In this document: piece after piece, positions 13,141-25,280 of the stretch
How the letters are laid out: each line of letters starts with the position of its first letter
Numbering within the stretch: position 1 is the first letter of the stretch
Source: Hemiscyllium ocellatum
Lineage: Eukaryota
Direction: 5' to 3'
Length of the DNA stretch: 64,000 bases
Assembly (NCBI RefSeq): GCF_020745735.1
Contig: NC_083420.1
Location: 73,254,237-73,318,236 of the forward strand
Notes under the pieces: generated by a model
The model's input: the letters and a program-made list of their open reading frames with translations, nothing else
Told to the model about the DNA's origin: nothing
Databases searched by the model: none
Made by a program: the position numbers and the translations under genes

Positions 13141-13977
13141 AATGTTTTATTGGCTTTTTAGATTCAGGTAAGTTAAGTTCTTACTGTTATAAAAGAGCAG
13201 GCTCTAGGAGATGAGTGGCTAACTCTCGTTCTTTGATCATACATCTAAACCTGAGATATTAAACACGCATTTTAATTTATTATATGCACACGTGCGAACA
13301 TTTCTGTCTGTGATTCCCAGGATTTGGTCATATGCGGTTGACACTGTCCCTTGGAGTTCTGCCTTTGTTTCAGAGGCCTGGAAATGATTCTTTTCTCAAG
13401 GATATTATGTAAATGTGCAAATTTCTGCTTGTCTTTCTGATGTTGAACAGGAAGCTGTGCTCCCTATCAACGCTCAGCCCGATGCAATGCATTGGGAAAC
13501 CAGGCTACTTTAGTGATACCATAACCTCCATAATCTCGGACATTGATAGCAAAAAATGGACTGGAAACGCAACTTGCCCAGAAAGCAAAACTCGGGAACA
13601 GAAAGATATTTGGCCCAAAGCTCGAAATAACGAGACACTGAAACCCCAAATGTCCATTTACACAGTTTCTCCAGATGAATTATGGTGCGATTTTACATTA
13701 TTTAGCTCTAATCTGTGATCAGAACTAACGATTCTTTCTGGAACCTATGTTGTTTTGGGGGGGGGGGGGGAATGTCTGCTGAATGGCAACTGCAAAAATC
13801 TCTTGGAATAATGTCAAGTAGAATCAAGTGAAGCTGCAGTATCTCTTCAGTTTGGCTTCTTTTATCATTGCAAAAGTGATTTGATTGATCAGGTATCGGT
13901 TATTATTGGATTAGATGAAATCTTGAAAATGATTCTTGTCTTCCATTTCCCTTTATTTTACATTGACTCTCACCTGT

Positions 13978-14117
13978 TAGAACATAGAACATAGAAAAAT
14001 ACAACGCAGTACAAGCCCTTCGGCCCTCGATGTTGCACCGACCGAAGCCTACCTAACCTACACTAGCCCAATAACCTCCATATGCTTGTCCAAATGCCCA
14101 CTTAAATGACCATAAAA
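13978..14117 (-). mobile_element. About 140-bp 3' stub of the young CR1 family
   Basis: Reverse complement matches the last about 140 nt of 52661-59022 (ggtcatttaag..gggctagtgtaggttaggtagg..gccgaaggg..(TTCTATG)n). Confidence 0.9.
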
Positions 14118-17099
14118 TGTTATTTTTCGTCTCACTACATAAGAAAGAGCCAATGGATGCGGGATCTCCGTTGTGTGTCACGAGCTTCTGCTACTGTGAA
14201 ACTTCATGCTGATGTGTGTCTCTTAAAAGATCTGAACAAATGATCACATACTGGTATAGGAACTGAGCAGGTCTCAAAATAATATGGCTAACTCTTTAAT
14301 TGTTTCATGCAATGAGGTCTGGGTTTTCAAACTGCTGTAATCACAAGGACGTATTGGATGTCACATTCAAGATTCAGAATAATACTTAAAATTTCTGCTG
14401 GAGCAGAAGTTCTTCAAGTGATACTACTTTTCCCAGTTTTGTTACCTTAAATAGTTGTGTCTCGAGTGTATATGCATGTGTTTTATTTCAATTTATTTCT
14501 GTTTCTCAGTGGCTTCCAATTCTTGCTGTATCGGGTCAAAGGAAAAGGAATTATTTTCTCTACACAAGGAGGTTGTTGCTGATTTTCTTCTGAGACAAGT
14601 GCAAAACTGTGCAAGTTAATTGTATAGCCTGATACTTTTTCAAAAATAAAATCACCCCTGAAACCTGATACACCAAAGAAATTTGAGTATTGAGGGAAAA
14701 AAAATTAAGCCTTTACCTATCAATACACTCTCAAAATTCCTGACGTGAAGGGAGAAATCATTCAAACTGTATGCACAACGAGTGCTAATCGGTACAGACA
14801 TAGAGAATGGACCAGAACTACCAAATGCTGTGGCTTGTTTTGATTGAACAAAATCGATTATTTCCATTCTCTGATTCATTTCACAGGGCAATGCCTTGAA
14901 TAATCATTCAACCTGCCAATTTAAAACTTAACAAAGATTAGCTGTCAACTGTTCATCATGATCTAAGTAGTCACGTTTCCATTGGTAACATCTCTACCAA
15001 TCATAGTGCACTTTCAAAACCATCAGAGCTATTTTCTTGTGCAATGGCAAATTTGTTCCCATTTATGTCGATATTCTTGTGGTTATCCTGATGAACGTAA
15101 GATAAAAATCTTGAAAAAGATGTGCTATTTTACAGCAACACACAAGTTCTGCATTTGTATGTGGCAACCTTTTGCTAATGGAGTATTTGACATACAGCTG
15201 ATATGATTAAACTAAAAACTAGGTTGCAGACTTGAAATGGTTTAGCAAATTGACAAGTCCATTCTGTTCTTGCAAATTGTCTTTGAATATTGTATCAGTC
15301 TGGCTTTTGAAAGATAATGCTGACATACTGATCAGTTCTATTAACTGCGATTTAATAAAGTGCTAAAAGTGTGGAAAATATAATCTTTCCATTCACAAAA
15401 TTGTGATATTTTGCGAAATCAGGAGATATGCACAGTGCAAATAAAAATCCTCGTCAACGCTGCCTGGACAAGACTGTTAAACTTAAATTTCTCTCCATAG
15501 AGGAAGTACTGAGATCACAACTGGTGCACTGTCAGCTAATGTATTGAATTTAAACTGATACGCATCTTTAAACTTTCATGGCTCTGATCCAACGCTCTTT
15601 TTGTACCTTGAATATTTGCATAAACTTCTTTAGTTTCTTTTATTCATGTTTATATTCGACCCCCCTTAATTGGCTGTATTCTATTGATAAACGTTCTCAG
15701 ATGTTCTCTGGCATTAATTCTGTCACTTTGAGAGATTGCTCCACAGCATGTTTCACATTCCGGGTCATCAATCCGAACTCTTCTGATACATGCCAACAAC
15801 TTTCTCCTGATTGGCATTCGATACATCCTTTGCAGTTAAAACATCTTTAAAAAATGAGTATTTAACTTTCAATTTGGCAGATTAAATTGATGCTAATTAT
15901 ATTTGTCTGCCAAACCGCTAGCAAAACTGAAGCAGTAACCAGCTTCAAACTGTTTGCACATCTGACACAAAACGTTACTGTTTCTCATTGCCTTTCAAAT
16001 GCTCTGATCCATTTCAAATAGTGGACCACACATTACCATGCAAAGAATTTATTTTTTTTAATAGATGGAAGTGTTTTTTCCCCTGTGCTATGGCCATTTT
16101 TTATTGAACTCAGCCCAAATCACAGTTCTAAATTTTAGAGTCAGGTAAAGAGTGCTTCTGTTTAACGTTATCATTATTGACTATTTTGCCACACTGTCAT
16201 GTTATTGAATATTTAATCCAGGTTCGCACTAATAGGACTGGGTTCTATAAGCGCTGGAGGGAAAGGCTGCAACGTGATTTCATCGATGATAAGGTGTAAT
16301 TTGGCATGGGCAGGCAGGAGCTACAGTGCCTCTGATATTTTTGCCTCCATGGTATTTTATTGACCTCACAAATAGGAAACTATGCTCACTCATGCGGCCA
16401 ATGTAGAGATTTTTCTCACGATTGCTGGCATTTCATCAGCAGTACATGGGTCCTCCATTGTGTGGAAGATCACCTCCTGCATCCAAGAGACACGCCTGTC
16501 GACTCAGGATGTCCCTCATAAAACAACCACGATATCGCTCGCAACAGGGTATCCCATCTGTATGCTGGAACAGTATCCTACCCACGGATGCGATCATTAC
16601 TGGAACTGGAAAAGAAAATAAGTGACTGGAAGAGGCCGTGTGGGCTGGAGAGCATATAATGTTGTGAGGGCCAGCTTGGTAGTTCCTACTGAAGCCATTA
16701 ATGAGACACCTAAGACGCATGGGCAATGGGTTACTCCTACTCCTCGTAAGAGTCTTGTGATCAATGCTGTTTCAGTGTTATCAAGCAAATATTGAAGGGT
16801 GGCCATATACTAAAATCATTTACATTCAGTGTTGTACACTTGAGACATTTTGTTGGTGTAAAATAATCTTTATAATTCCTCCAGATATAATTAATACTCT
16901 ATTTGTTTCATGCAGTGGTGATTTTCTGAATAGGATTACAGAGGACATACAGAACAGAAACAGACTGTTTGGCACAGTCAGTCCATGTCAGTGCTTATGT
17001 TCCACTCAATCTGTTTCATTTCGTCACTCATCTAAATTTAGCATTATAATTCCCTATTCCTATCTCTTTCATATGCTTGCATGGTTTCCTTAAAAAAAA

Positions 17100-17830
17100 T
17101 CTAAAGTGTTCACTTTACCGATTCCGTGTTGTCACATATTCCCTGTTCTCATCATTCTGCTGAATTATCTTTTTCATTTCTTGGGCAGCAGTCTTTTATT
17201 AACAGTTTCTAGTTGTGCTCCACCCATAGAGGAAATGTTTGCTCTCTACCTGCTCTTATCAAAATCTTTCATAATTTTAGACCCGTCAGCCTTCTTTTAT
17301 TTTCAAGAGAGAAGTGAACAGCATGACAAAGCAGATATACACAGCCATAAGTTTATGTATCTTTCTTGTAAATTGTCTCATCACCCTCTCTAATGCTTCT
17401 GTATCCATTCCATAACATGGTAACTGCAAGTGGAGGCAAAACCTTTAATTATAGTCAACTAGATTTTTATATGGACTCAGCAGGGCATCCCTATTTTAAA
17501 ATCTATCCTTTCAGAGATAAAGCTTCAAGCTTTCTTTGCGTTTTGGCCTTCATAACCAGTGGTCGATGTCCTTAGTAACTGAGTTAATTGTTTGAAATAC
17601 GTTTGTTCGTCTCTCCCACTTGGATGTGCATCTTCAAATAAGTGGTCTGCACTTTATTCTTGCCAACATGTATCCCCTTACATTTATCTGTGTCGAACTT
17701 CATTTGCCAATTATTTGACCATTCAATAAATGTATTCAGGACTTGTAACTTCTTCCAGTCCTCGGATTTGTCTTCACGCATTCCTCTTACAATTTTATGT
17801 CATTTAATTGCTAAGTGTTTTCTTTTGCAA
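17100..17830 (-). mobile_element. Old CR1 RT 3' fragment
   Basis: ORF 17584-17781 contains WSNNWQMKFDTDKCKGIHVGKN (CR1 RT C-terminal motif). Confidence 0.65.
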
Positions 17831-18189
17831 TAATTGGGAACATTATTTAATTTGCAGTTTAATCCACGTCGTAAAGATAACAACGAAGTGTGAAATGACG
17901 GATAAATGAAACTTATTGAATTACAGGACTATTTCATAGGTTGTATTAACTTTCAGGTAAAAACAGAAAATTAATGTGTACAGGAATCGTATGGTGAGAT
18001 TATTCTTTGTTCATTTCTTTTTTTGTTGTTGTTACAGCTTATTCCCCATGTCTTTCTGTGCTACTGGTCTCTAATTGGAAAAGGCACCCATCCTCGACTT
18101 TAAAACAACCGACTTTAAAATAAAAACATAGCACTTATATGATTGCAACAAGATTTATGAAGCCATCCCTGTCTGTTAATGCATCTTCA

Positions 18190-18620
18190 TATCCAAATGG
18201 AAATTATAGGGTGAGGTTAAATCGACTGTGGCTGAATTGCCTGGATTCATCAGAGACTAAGGGATGACCCGATAAAAGTTTAGAAAGTCATGAGGAGCAT
18301 GGATAGCATAAATAAACAAGGTCTTTGACCTGGGTTGGGGAAGTTCCGAACAGACGGGCATAGGTTCAGGGTAAGAGGGGAAACATTTGAGGGGGATTTA
18401 AGGGGTTACTTTTTCAAACAGAGCTTTGTCCTTGTTTGGAATGAGCTGCCAGAGAAAGTGGTGGAGGCTGGTGCAATCACAACATTTTAAATGGGTATAT
18501 GAATATAAAGGATTTAGAGGGATATGAGTTAAATGCCGGTAGATGAGACCAGATTTGTTTAGGATATATTTTGGCATGGATGAGTTGGACTGTTGGGTCT
18601 ATTTCTGTGTTGTGCATCTC
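18190..18620 (+). mobile_element. CR1 3' end fragment
   Basis: Decayed CR1 ORF2 C-terminus (gggcataggttcagggtaagagggg..tggaatgagctgccagagaaagtggtggaggctgg) and 3'UTR ending tgcatctctatt. Confidence 0.7.
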
Positions 18621-19074
18621 TATTATTGTATTCCTTTGTTCTTATTGCACTTTTAGACTCTTTGGATAATCTTTAACATCGTTAAGGCTATGGCACATCC
18701 CTTTATGCTCTCCTGATTTCCCTCTTAAGTATGTCCCTACGCCTCACATTCTTCAAGAGATTCACTTGATCTCAGTTGGCTATACGTAATATATGATCCC
18801 TTCTTATTCTTAAAGAGAGCTTCAATATCGCTCTTATCCATTCTTTAGTACACTTTCCAGGCTCACTTTCAATTTAACAGTAGCATAATGCCTCTGACGT
18901 CTCGTTATTTTGAAAGACTCCCACTTGTCGGCCGTCCCTGTACCTGCAAGTGAGTCGACTCCAATCAACTGCTGAAAGTTTTTGTCTCAAGCCACCAAAT
19001 TTTGCCGTAATCCAATTAAAACTTTAAAATATTTACAAAGCCTACCTTTTGCATAACTGTTTTGGAACAATTTG

Positions 19075-19460
19075 TATTATTGTCACTGGCCACAAAGTGC
19101 TTCCCTACTAAAACCCCAGGAAATTCCCCACGTGATATTACAAGAGAAGGTGCAGTTTTGCTCTTTCTGTCGTATTTACATCTACATCTTAATGAAGAAA
19201 ATGTTGTTGTGGTTTTGTTCGCCGAGCTGGGAGTTTTTCTTGCAAACCTTTTGTCCCCTGTCTAGGTGACATCTTCAGTGCTTGGGAGCCTCCTGTGAAG
19301 TGCTTCTGTGCTGATTCCTCCGGCATTTATACTGGTTTGAATATGCCGCTTCCGGTTGTCAGTAGCTGTCCACTGCAATGGCCGGTATATAGAGTCTATG
19401 TCGATGTGTCTGTTGATCGAATTCGTGGATGAGTGACGTCCCGTCACAAGTTACCCGTTG
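19075..19460 (-). mobile_element. Penelope-like element terminal fragment (GIY-YIG C-terminus + degenerate hammerhead core)
   Basis: ORF 19262-19447 contains HSSTNSINRHIDIDSIYRPLQ. The minus strand then reads CTGAAGA-tgtcacctagacaggggac-AAAAG (about 19245-19280). Confidence 0.6.
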
Positions 19461-19499
19461 TTCCTCGTTTCACTAGCACATGACAGATGCACAAAGCAG

Positions 19500-20030
19500 A
19501 TATAGCCACTCTGTTTCGTTCTAATTCTAAGCATCCAACTTAGCTCCCTGAATTTCTGTCTTGGATCCCCACCATTCTTCCTTGCTATGCCGTTCGTGCC
19601 TATGTGAGCATCGACTTTAGGCTGCCCATTCTCCCAATCAAGGATCCCGAAAACACAATCAGAAATATCGCAACAAACTGATCGTGAATCTCTCCTTTTC
19701 GCTCAAAGCCGCCTATGTGTCCCCCTAACTATAGGGTCACCAGTGACTAAAGCGCTGCTTCACTTTCCCATTTCACTCTGAGGAGCAGGGACAGATTCTG
19801 CGCCAAGACCTGTGCTCTGTTGCTTACCCCTCGTACGTCAGCCCCCAACAGGATCCAAAACAGGATATTAGTTGTTGAGGGAAAGTACCACAGGAGATCA
19901 CTGCACACCCTATCGGGTCCCTTTTCATTCCCTGACGGTAACACATCTGCATTCTTCACGGAGCTGTCGAGAAACTACCTCGCTGTAACCAATCTCAATA
20001 ACTCTGTCTGCCTTCCGAATGGAAGAACAA
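19500..20030 (-). mobile_element. CR1 ORF1 (esterase) fragment
   Basis: Similar in sequence to the CR1 ORF1 regions at 33600-34000 and 55500-55800 (ctatagttagggggacac..; gtgttttcgggatcc..; gatgctcacataggcacgaacggcatag). Confidence 0.6.
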
Positions 20031-20094
20031 CGGCTTAGAGATTTCACAAAATGTATTGTGCTGCATGAATCTTGAAAGATTTTATTGTTCTCAC

Positions 20095-20187
20095 CTTCAC
20101 AAGAGTGACGACCGCACTGTAGAAAATACTGAGGAAGTAAAGAGTGATGAATGTGAAAGCAGTTATCCAGATGTTACCGTTATCATC
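20095..20187 (-). pseudogene. IGHM: IgM heavy-chain transmembrane exon TM1 (pseudogene cluster)
   Basis: Minus strand reads DDNGNIWITAFTFITLYFLSIFYSAVVTLVK followed by an intact GTGAG donor (20094-20090), matching the IgM TM/CART pattern. An in-frame TAA at 20188-20190 leaves the true 5' boundary uncertain. Confidence 0.88.
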
Positions 20188-20679
20188 TTAAATGCACATG
20201 TTCTTTCTTTAATATCCATGTCAGAACATTTTGAATTATTTCGCCTTTAAATCTACTATTCAAGAATATTATGGTGGTCTATCATTTCATGAACACTTAT
20301 TGGGAACGATAATTTTAATTATGTTATTATATTTTAGATATGGGCTGCGACAGCAAATTAGTTGAAAATTGGGGCCAGAACTGGTAAGAGTTCAAATGCG
20401 ATTGCCATATTCATTTATTGGTGACTAAATGCTTGGCAAACCATGAATATAAATTACAGCCACGGTAAGATAATTGCTTCTTATTTTTTGTTTGTAGGAT
20501 GTGCATTAGTTAGGAAAAATGTTTTTGTGCATGTGTCCCTGAATTTAATTTTGCAAATGCTTGGTTTGTATGTTTTTCTTTTCACGTTAGTGCTTGTGAG
20601 TATGAGTGCCTCTTCCTTTGCATTTGCCTGTATTGGAGTTAGTGCATAAGCATACGAAACGCTTGGCACAGTAACTCTG

Positions 20680-20970
20680 TTGTTTGCATGCTGCCTCAGT
20701 GCTGGGTAGGTAGATTCGATTGCTGACTCGGGCGACTGTTTGTGTGGAGTTTGCAGTTCGCCACGCCTCAGTGTGGGGTTTCCCCCGGGTGTTCTGGCTT
20801 ATTCTGACAGTCCAAAGATTTACAGGTAAGGTGAATTGGCCATACTAAATTGTGCATAGTGTTAGGTGCATTAGGTAGAAGTAAATGTCAGGAAATGAGT
20901 CTGCGTGAATTACTTTTCAGAGGATCGGTGTGAACCTTTTCAGCTAAATGGCCTGTTTCCATACTGTAGG
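20680..20970 (+). mobile_element. HE1-like (V-SINE type) elasmobranch SINE
   Basis: gctgcctcag..gcgactgtttgtgtggagtttgca..cagtccaaagat..caggtaaggtgaattggccatactaaattg..tggcctgtttccatactgtagg. Family assigned from recall of the shark HE1 consensus. Confidence 0.75.
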
Positions 20971-21289
20971 TAATCCAGTCAAGCATATTCAAGTTATTTT
21001 AGTGTTTTTGTGCTTATTCACGAGTTTGTATACGTACATTTTATTCATTTCACAATGTGTTAATATGCCACTTCATTTGTGCATACGTTTATCTTTTAAT
21101 GTGTTTGTGAATGTGTTAATTTTTCGTTTGAACCATCGAAAATAAGTGTTATGTCTCTATTTCAGATCCAACCAATAGTAGGTTGTTTTCATGGTTGTTC
21201 TCCATTAATGTTACTATGCAACTTCATGTTTTAATGGAGGTTTATATTTACATGATGGTGTCTGTTCGTGTGTTGATTTCATAAAATCG

Positions 21290-21490
21290 TAGAATCGCTA
21301 CAGTGTGGAAACATACCATTCGGTCAGACAATCCACAACTACCCGTCGAAGAGTAACCCACTCAGATCCGTTCCACCTACCCTACATTTACCCCTGAATG
21401 ATGCACCCAACCAACAAATCTCTGAACACGATGGACAATTTGGCATGGCCAATTCACCTGACCTGCACATCTTTGGATTGCGGGAAGAAA
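21290..21490 (-). mobile_element. HE1-like SINE fragment
   Basis: Reverse complement of the same motifs (tacagtgtggaaaca..; caatttggcatggccaattcacctgacctgcacatctttgga). Confidence 0.7.
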
Positions 21491-21866
21491 CGTCTCTTAA
21501 GTTTAATGTTCCCAAGTGATGAAACGCGGCAGCTTAAAATTAACATGAACTTTGTAAGAAAGGGCCATCGGGGCCTCAGGAACACTAAGTTCTCAAATTG
21601 TTACCTTCATCTGCCATAAAATGGACATTATCAGATTCCAACTCAGAGGGATTTAATATGAATACATTACTTTGCCGAATCCTGCACAGAGTGAGCTTCA
21701 CTATATCTCTCAACCACAGTGTGTCTGAAAAGGAAAAAATAACTGCACAAGACTCTAACCATTGACCGAATAATGAGCCATTTTAAATGGGCAAATGAAA
21801 TGCAAGTAAAAGTAGGAAACACAATTAAACGTTTGTACATAAATCACAACTGGAGGAAAAAAAATA

Positions 21867-21872
21867 TTTATT
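21867..21872 (-). terminator. Putative polyadenylation signal of secretory IgM mRNA
   Basis: AATAAA on the minus strand about 33 nt downstream of the ancestral secretory-tail stop position. Confidence 0.55.
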
Positions 21873-21904
21873 ACTGTGCTGCATATTGAATGCAACTTTG
21901 TCAT

Positions 21905-22295
21905 TTTTTGACATGAATTTACTGTGTCCACCTGTGCAGTTGGAATGCTCACAAAACTCGATTTACTACTGGATTTATCAACTGTTCTGTTGATGGTCTT
22001 CAATGCAATCGCTTCATGTCTCACAACAGAGGAATATGAAGCACCGCTGGCCCATTTGTCTGCTGCAAAGGATAACAGGCTGTGCATGAAAAGAAGATAT
22101 TGTCATTCTCCACCATCACATTAATGTTCTTGTAGTTACTAGGATTCACCAGCTTGTCAATGTTTGTCCACTTGACCAAGATCTCTCGGGGGGATAAGCC
22201 TCTTACTAAACAGGTGAGGGAGAGAAATCTTCGAATGGAGATTTCTTCTATCGGTGGCTGGAGAACAGACACAAGTGGGTTCAGTGAATGTATTG
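21905..22295 (-). pseudogene. IGHM: IgM CH4 exon with secretory tailpiece (frameshifted)
   Basis: Acceptor ttttccag at 22296. Reads [47 protein letters not shown], frameshift near 22090, then [59 protein letters not shown]. Second Cys lost; stop replaced by AAA. Confidence 0.95.
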
Positions 22296-22344
22296 CTGGA
22301 AAATCTTTGAAACAAATATAAATCAACTATGAAAATCCAGAGGA

Positions 22345-24075
22345 GAAATGAGAAGTGCAGATGCGGGAGATCAGAGCTGAAAATGTGTCGCTGGAAAAGC
22401 GCAGCAGGTCAGCCAGCATCCAAGGAGCAGGAGAATCGACGTTTTGGGCCTCAGCCGTTCTTCAGGAATGAGGAAAGTGTGTCCAGCAGGCTAAGATAAA
22501 AGGTAGGGATGAAGGACTTGGGCGAGGAGCGTTGGAAATGTGATAGGTGGAAGGAGGTCAAGGTGAGGGTGATAGGCCGGAGTGGGGGCGAGGGCCGAGA
22601 GGGCAGGGAGAAGTTTAAAGGTTCGGAAGGCGGTGATGAGTTCGAGGGATTTGACTGAGACAAGGTGAGGGGAGGGGAAATGAGGAAACTGGAGAAATCT
22701 GAGTTCATCCCTTGCGGTTGGAGGGTTCCTAGGCGGAAGATGAGGCGCTCTTCCTCCAGCTGTCATGTTGCTATGGTCTGGCGATGGAGGAGTCATAGGA
22801 ACTGCATGTCCTTGGTGGTTGGGTTGGTAGGTCTGTGTGTCCCAGAGTTGTTCTCTGAACCGCTCCGCAAGTCTGTGGCCCGTCTCCCCAATATAGAGGA
22901 GGCCACATTGGGTGCAGCGGATGTAGTAAATGATGTGTGTGGAGGTGCAGGTGAATTTGAGGTAGAAATGGAAGGATCTCTTGGGGCCTTGGAGGGAAGT
23001 AAGAGGGGGGAGTTTTGAGCGCAAGTTTTTGCATTTCTTGTGGTTGCAGGGAAAGGTCCAGGGAGTGGTGGTTGGGTTGGTGGGGGGTATGGACCTGACG
23101 AGGGATATGCAGAGGGAATAGTCTTTTCGGAATGCTGATAGGGGAGGGGAGGGAAATATATCCCTGGTGGTGGAGTCCGTTTGGAGGTGGCAGAAATGAC
23201 GAGGGATGATATGATGTATATGGAGGTTTGTGGGGTGGTAGCTGAGGACCAGTGGGGTTCTGTCCTGGTGGCGTTTGGAACGGGCGGGGCTCACGGGTGG
23301 AGGATCAGGAAGTGGAGGAGATGCGTTGGAGGGCATCGTCGATCACGTCTGGGGGGAAATTGCGGTCTTTGCAGAAGGAGGCCATCGCGGTTGTATGTTA
23401 TTGGAAGTGGTCCTCCTGGGAGCAGACGCGGCGGAGCCGAAGGAATTGGGAATATGGGATGGCGTTTTTACAGGGGGCAGGGTGGGAGCAGGTGTAGTCT
23501 AGGTAGCTGTGGGAGTCGGTCGGTTTATATTAAATGTCCGTGTTGATTCGGTCGCCCGAGATAGAAATGGAAAGATCGAGGAAGGGGAGGGAGGTGTCTG
23601 AGATGGTCCAGGTAAATTTGAGGTGGGGGTGGAAGGTGTGGTAAAGTGGATGAACTGTTCAACCTCCTTTTGGGAGCACTAGGCAGCGCTGATAGTCATC
23701 GATGTAGCGGAGGAAAAGGTGCGAGATGATGCCAATGTAGCTGTGGAAGATGGACTGTTCCACATATCCTACAAAGGGACAGGCATAGCTGGGGCCCATG
23801 CGGGTTCCCATGGCTACTACATTGCTTTGGAGGAATTGGGAGGATTGGAAGGAGGTGTTGTTCAGGGTGAGGGCCAGTTCAGTCAGTCGAAGGAGGGTGT
23901 TGGTGGAAGGGTACTGATTGGTGCGGTGGGAAAGGAAGAAGCAGAGGGCTTTGAGTCGTTCGTGATGGGGGATGGAAGTGTACAGGGACTGGATGTCCAT
24001 GGTGAAGATAAGGCGTTGGGGACCGGGGAAGCGAAAATCATGGAGGAGGTGGAGGGCATGGGTGGTATCCCGAAC
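22345..24075 (-). mobile_element. 5'-truncated Penelope-like element (RT + GIY-YIG + terminal repeat) in the IgM CH3-CH4 intron
   Basis: ORF 23659-24090 (TMDIQSLYTSIP..GTRMGPSYAC..FLRYIDD) and ORF 22491-23336 (IYYIRCTQCGLLYIGETGHRLAERF). Terminal repeat at 22345-22470 with CTGAAGA..AAAACGTC. Confidence 0.93.
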
Positions 24076-24466
24076 ATCCAGAGTCAACATTTAAGTTCCA
24101 CTAAATATTTAAGTATAATATTTCAACTTGGGATTTGTTCACTTTCGTTTTCTACAGGAGCAGAATGATATGCATTCTATTCATTAAAAGAAATAAAGCA
24201 TTTAAATTGAAGTTCGCCTCGATGTTTCCAGAATATAACTCGGACATCCTGGCCATTTGTCTTTGGTCACGTTTATGTCACAAACCAGACATCTTCCCAC
24301 CTTATGTGGCTTACTCTGTATAGACTATTCTTTGGTCTGCCTTCTTTTACTTAGCTCTCTTGCCATCAGATTCATCATTGATGCAACGGTATTTTTTTTG
24401 TTACCATTTATGTAACTGAATCTAAATTACACATGGGATACTTTGTGCTTTCATCTCAACGCTCAC

Positions 24467-24760
24467 ATTTCTCCTTGTGGATAGAGTCTCTCTGAGGAGT
24501 CGGTAAAAACTGATAGTTCACCAGACATTCAAACCTATCGTCACTCAGCCCGGCTTCAGTAGAAATGCCTAATTTGCTAATCACGCTGTCGGTTTTCTCT
24601 CCAGGCTGGACAGCAATCTCTAATTTCAGAGGTTTCTTTTCTTGTGTCCAGGTGACCTTGATGCTAACGTAAGTTAATATCACCGTCGCCTTCAGTAAGA
24701 CCTGTTCTACTGGTGGTGGTACGATTTTAACTGTATAATCATGGCACTCGGTAACTACTA
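24467..24760 (-). pseudogene. IGHM: IgM CH3 exon (open frame but degenerate)
   Basis: Acceptor tgtttag at 24761, donor GTGAG at 24466. Reads [88 protein letters not shown]. First Cys changed to Tyr, with a short internal deletion relative to shark IgM CH3 as recalled. Confidence 0.93.
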
Positions 24761-25139
24761 CTAAACAGAAATCAAAGTAAATGAATTAAGTGCCTCCTCA
24801 GAATCAAAACAATCGGTTTTCAGGCTTTTTCCTCACGAAGTGAAGAAACCACCTTGGAAATGTTCACTTTCAATTATTGTAATGATAATTGCTGTTGTTT
24901 ATATACTTTGAATTGTGAAAACATTCGTGATTACCTATAATATAAACCTGCGTAGTTATTCATAAGTGAAATCTTTGGAAAAAGTAAAATCATCACAGGT
25001 ACCATGATGCAATCCATGGGGTTTTCTTTCCTTCAGAGCTCTTCTCTCATTTAAGACAATCTATTGATACTTGTGACTAGAGAAGCCGTAACTAATGATT
25101 TCATTTATATGTTCAGGATCCTTACATACAAATGCTGCT

Positions 25140-25280
25140 GCTCACTCTGAGTTGAAATGTGTGGCGCTAGAAAAGCGCTAGAAAAATACAGCATTCGATG
25201 AGCAGGAAAGTCAATGTTTGGAGCATAAACACTTTATTGGAATCTCTGATCTCCAGCATCTGCAGTTCATCACTTTCACG
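25140..25280 (-). mobile_element. Penelope-like terminal repeat fragment
   Basis: gaaatgtgtggcgctagaaaagc..gcattcgatgagcaggaaagtcaatgttt matches the 22345-22470 terminus. Confidence 0.6.

Noticed and set aside
16150-16800. GC-richer island with several short ORFs as an exon or transposon remnant
   Set aside because: No recognisable motif in any frame. It may be an old repeat but cannot be assigned without a database search.
13150-20090. IgM TM2 exon (Val-Lys-stop)
   Set aside because: GTGAAATGA-like candidates (e.g. near 14875 and 20045) lack an AG acceptor or a plausible intron length; not located.
20443-20649. Hydrophobic 68-aa ORF as a membrane peptide
   Set aside because: It arises from T/G-rich intronic sequence between CH4 and TM1, with no motif or splice support.
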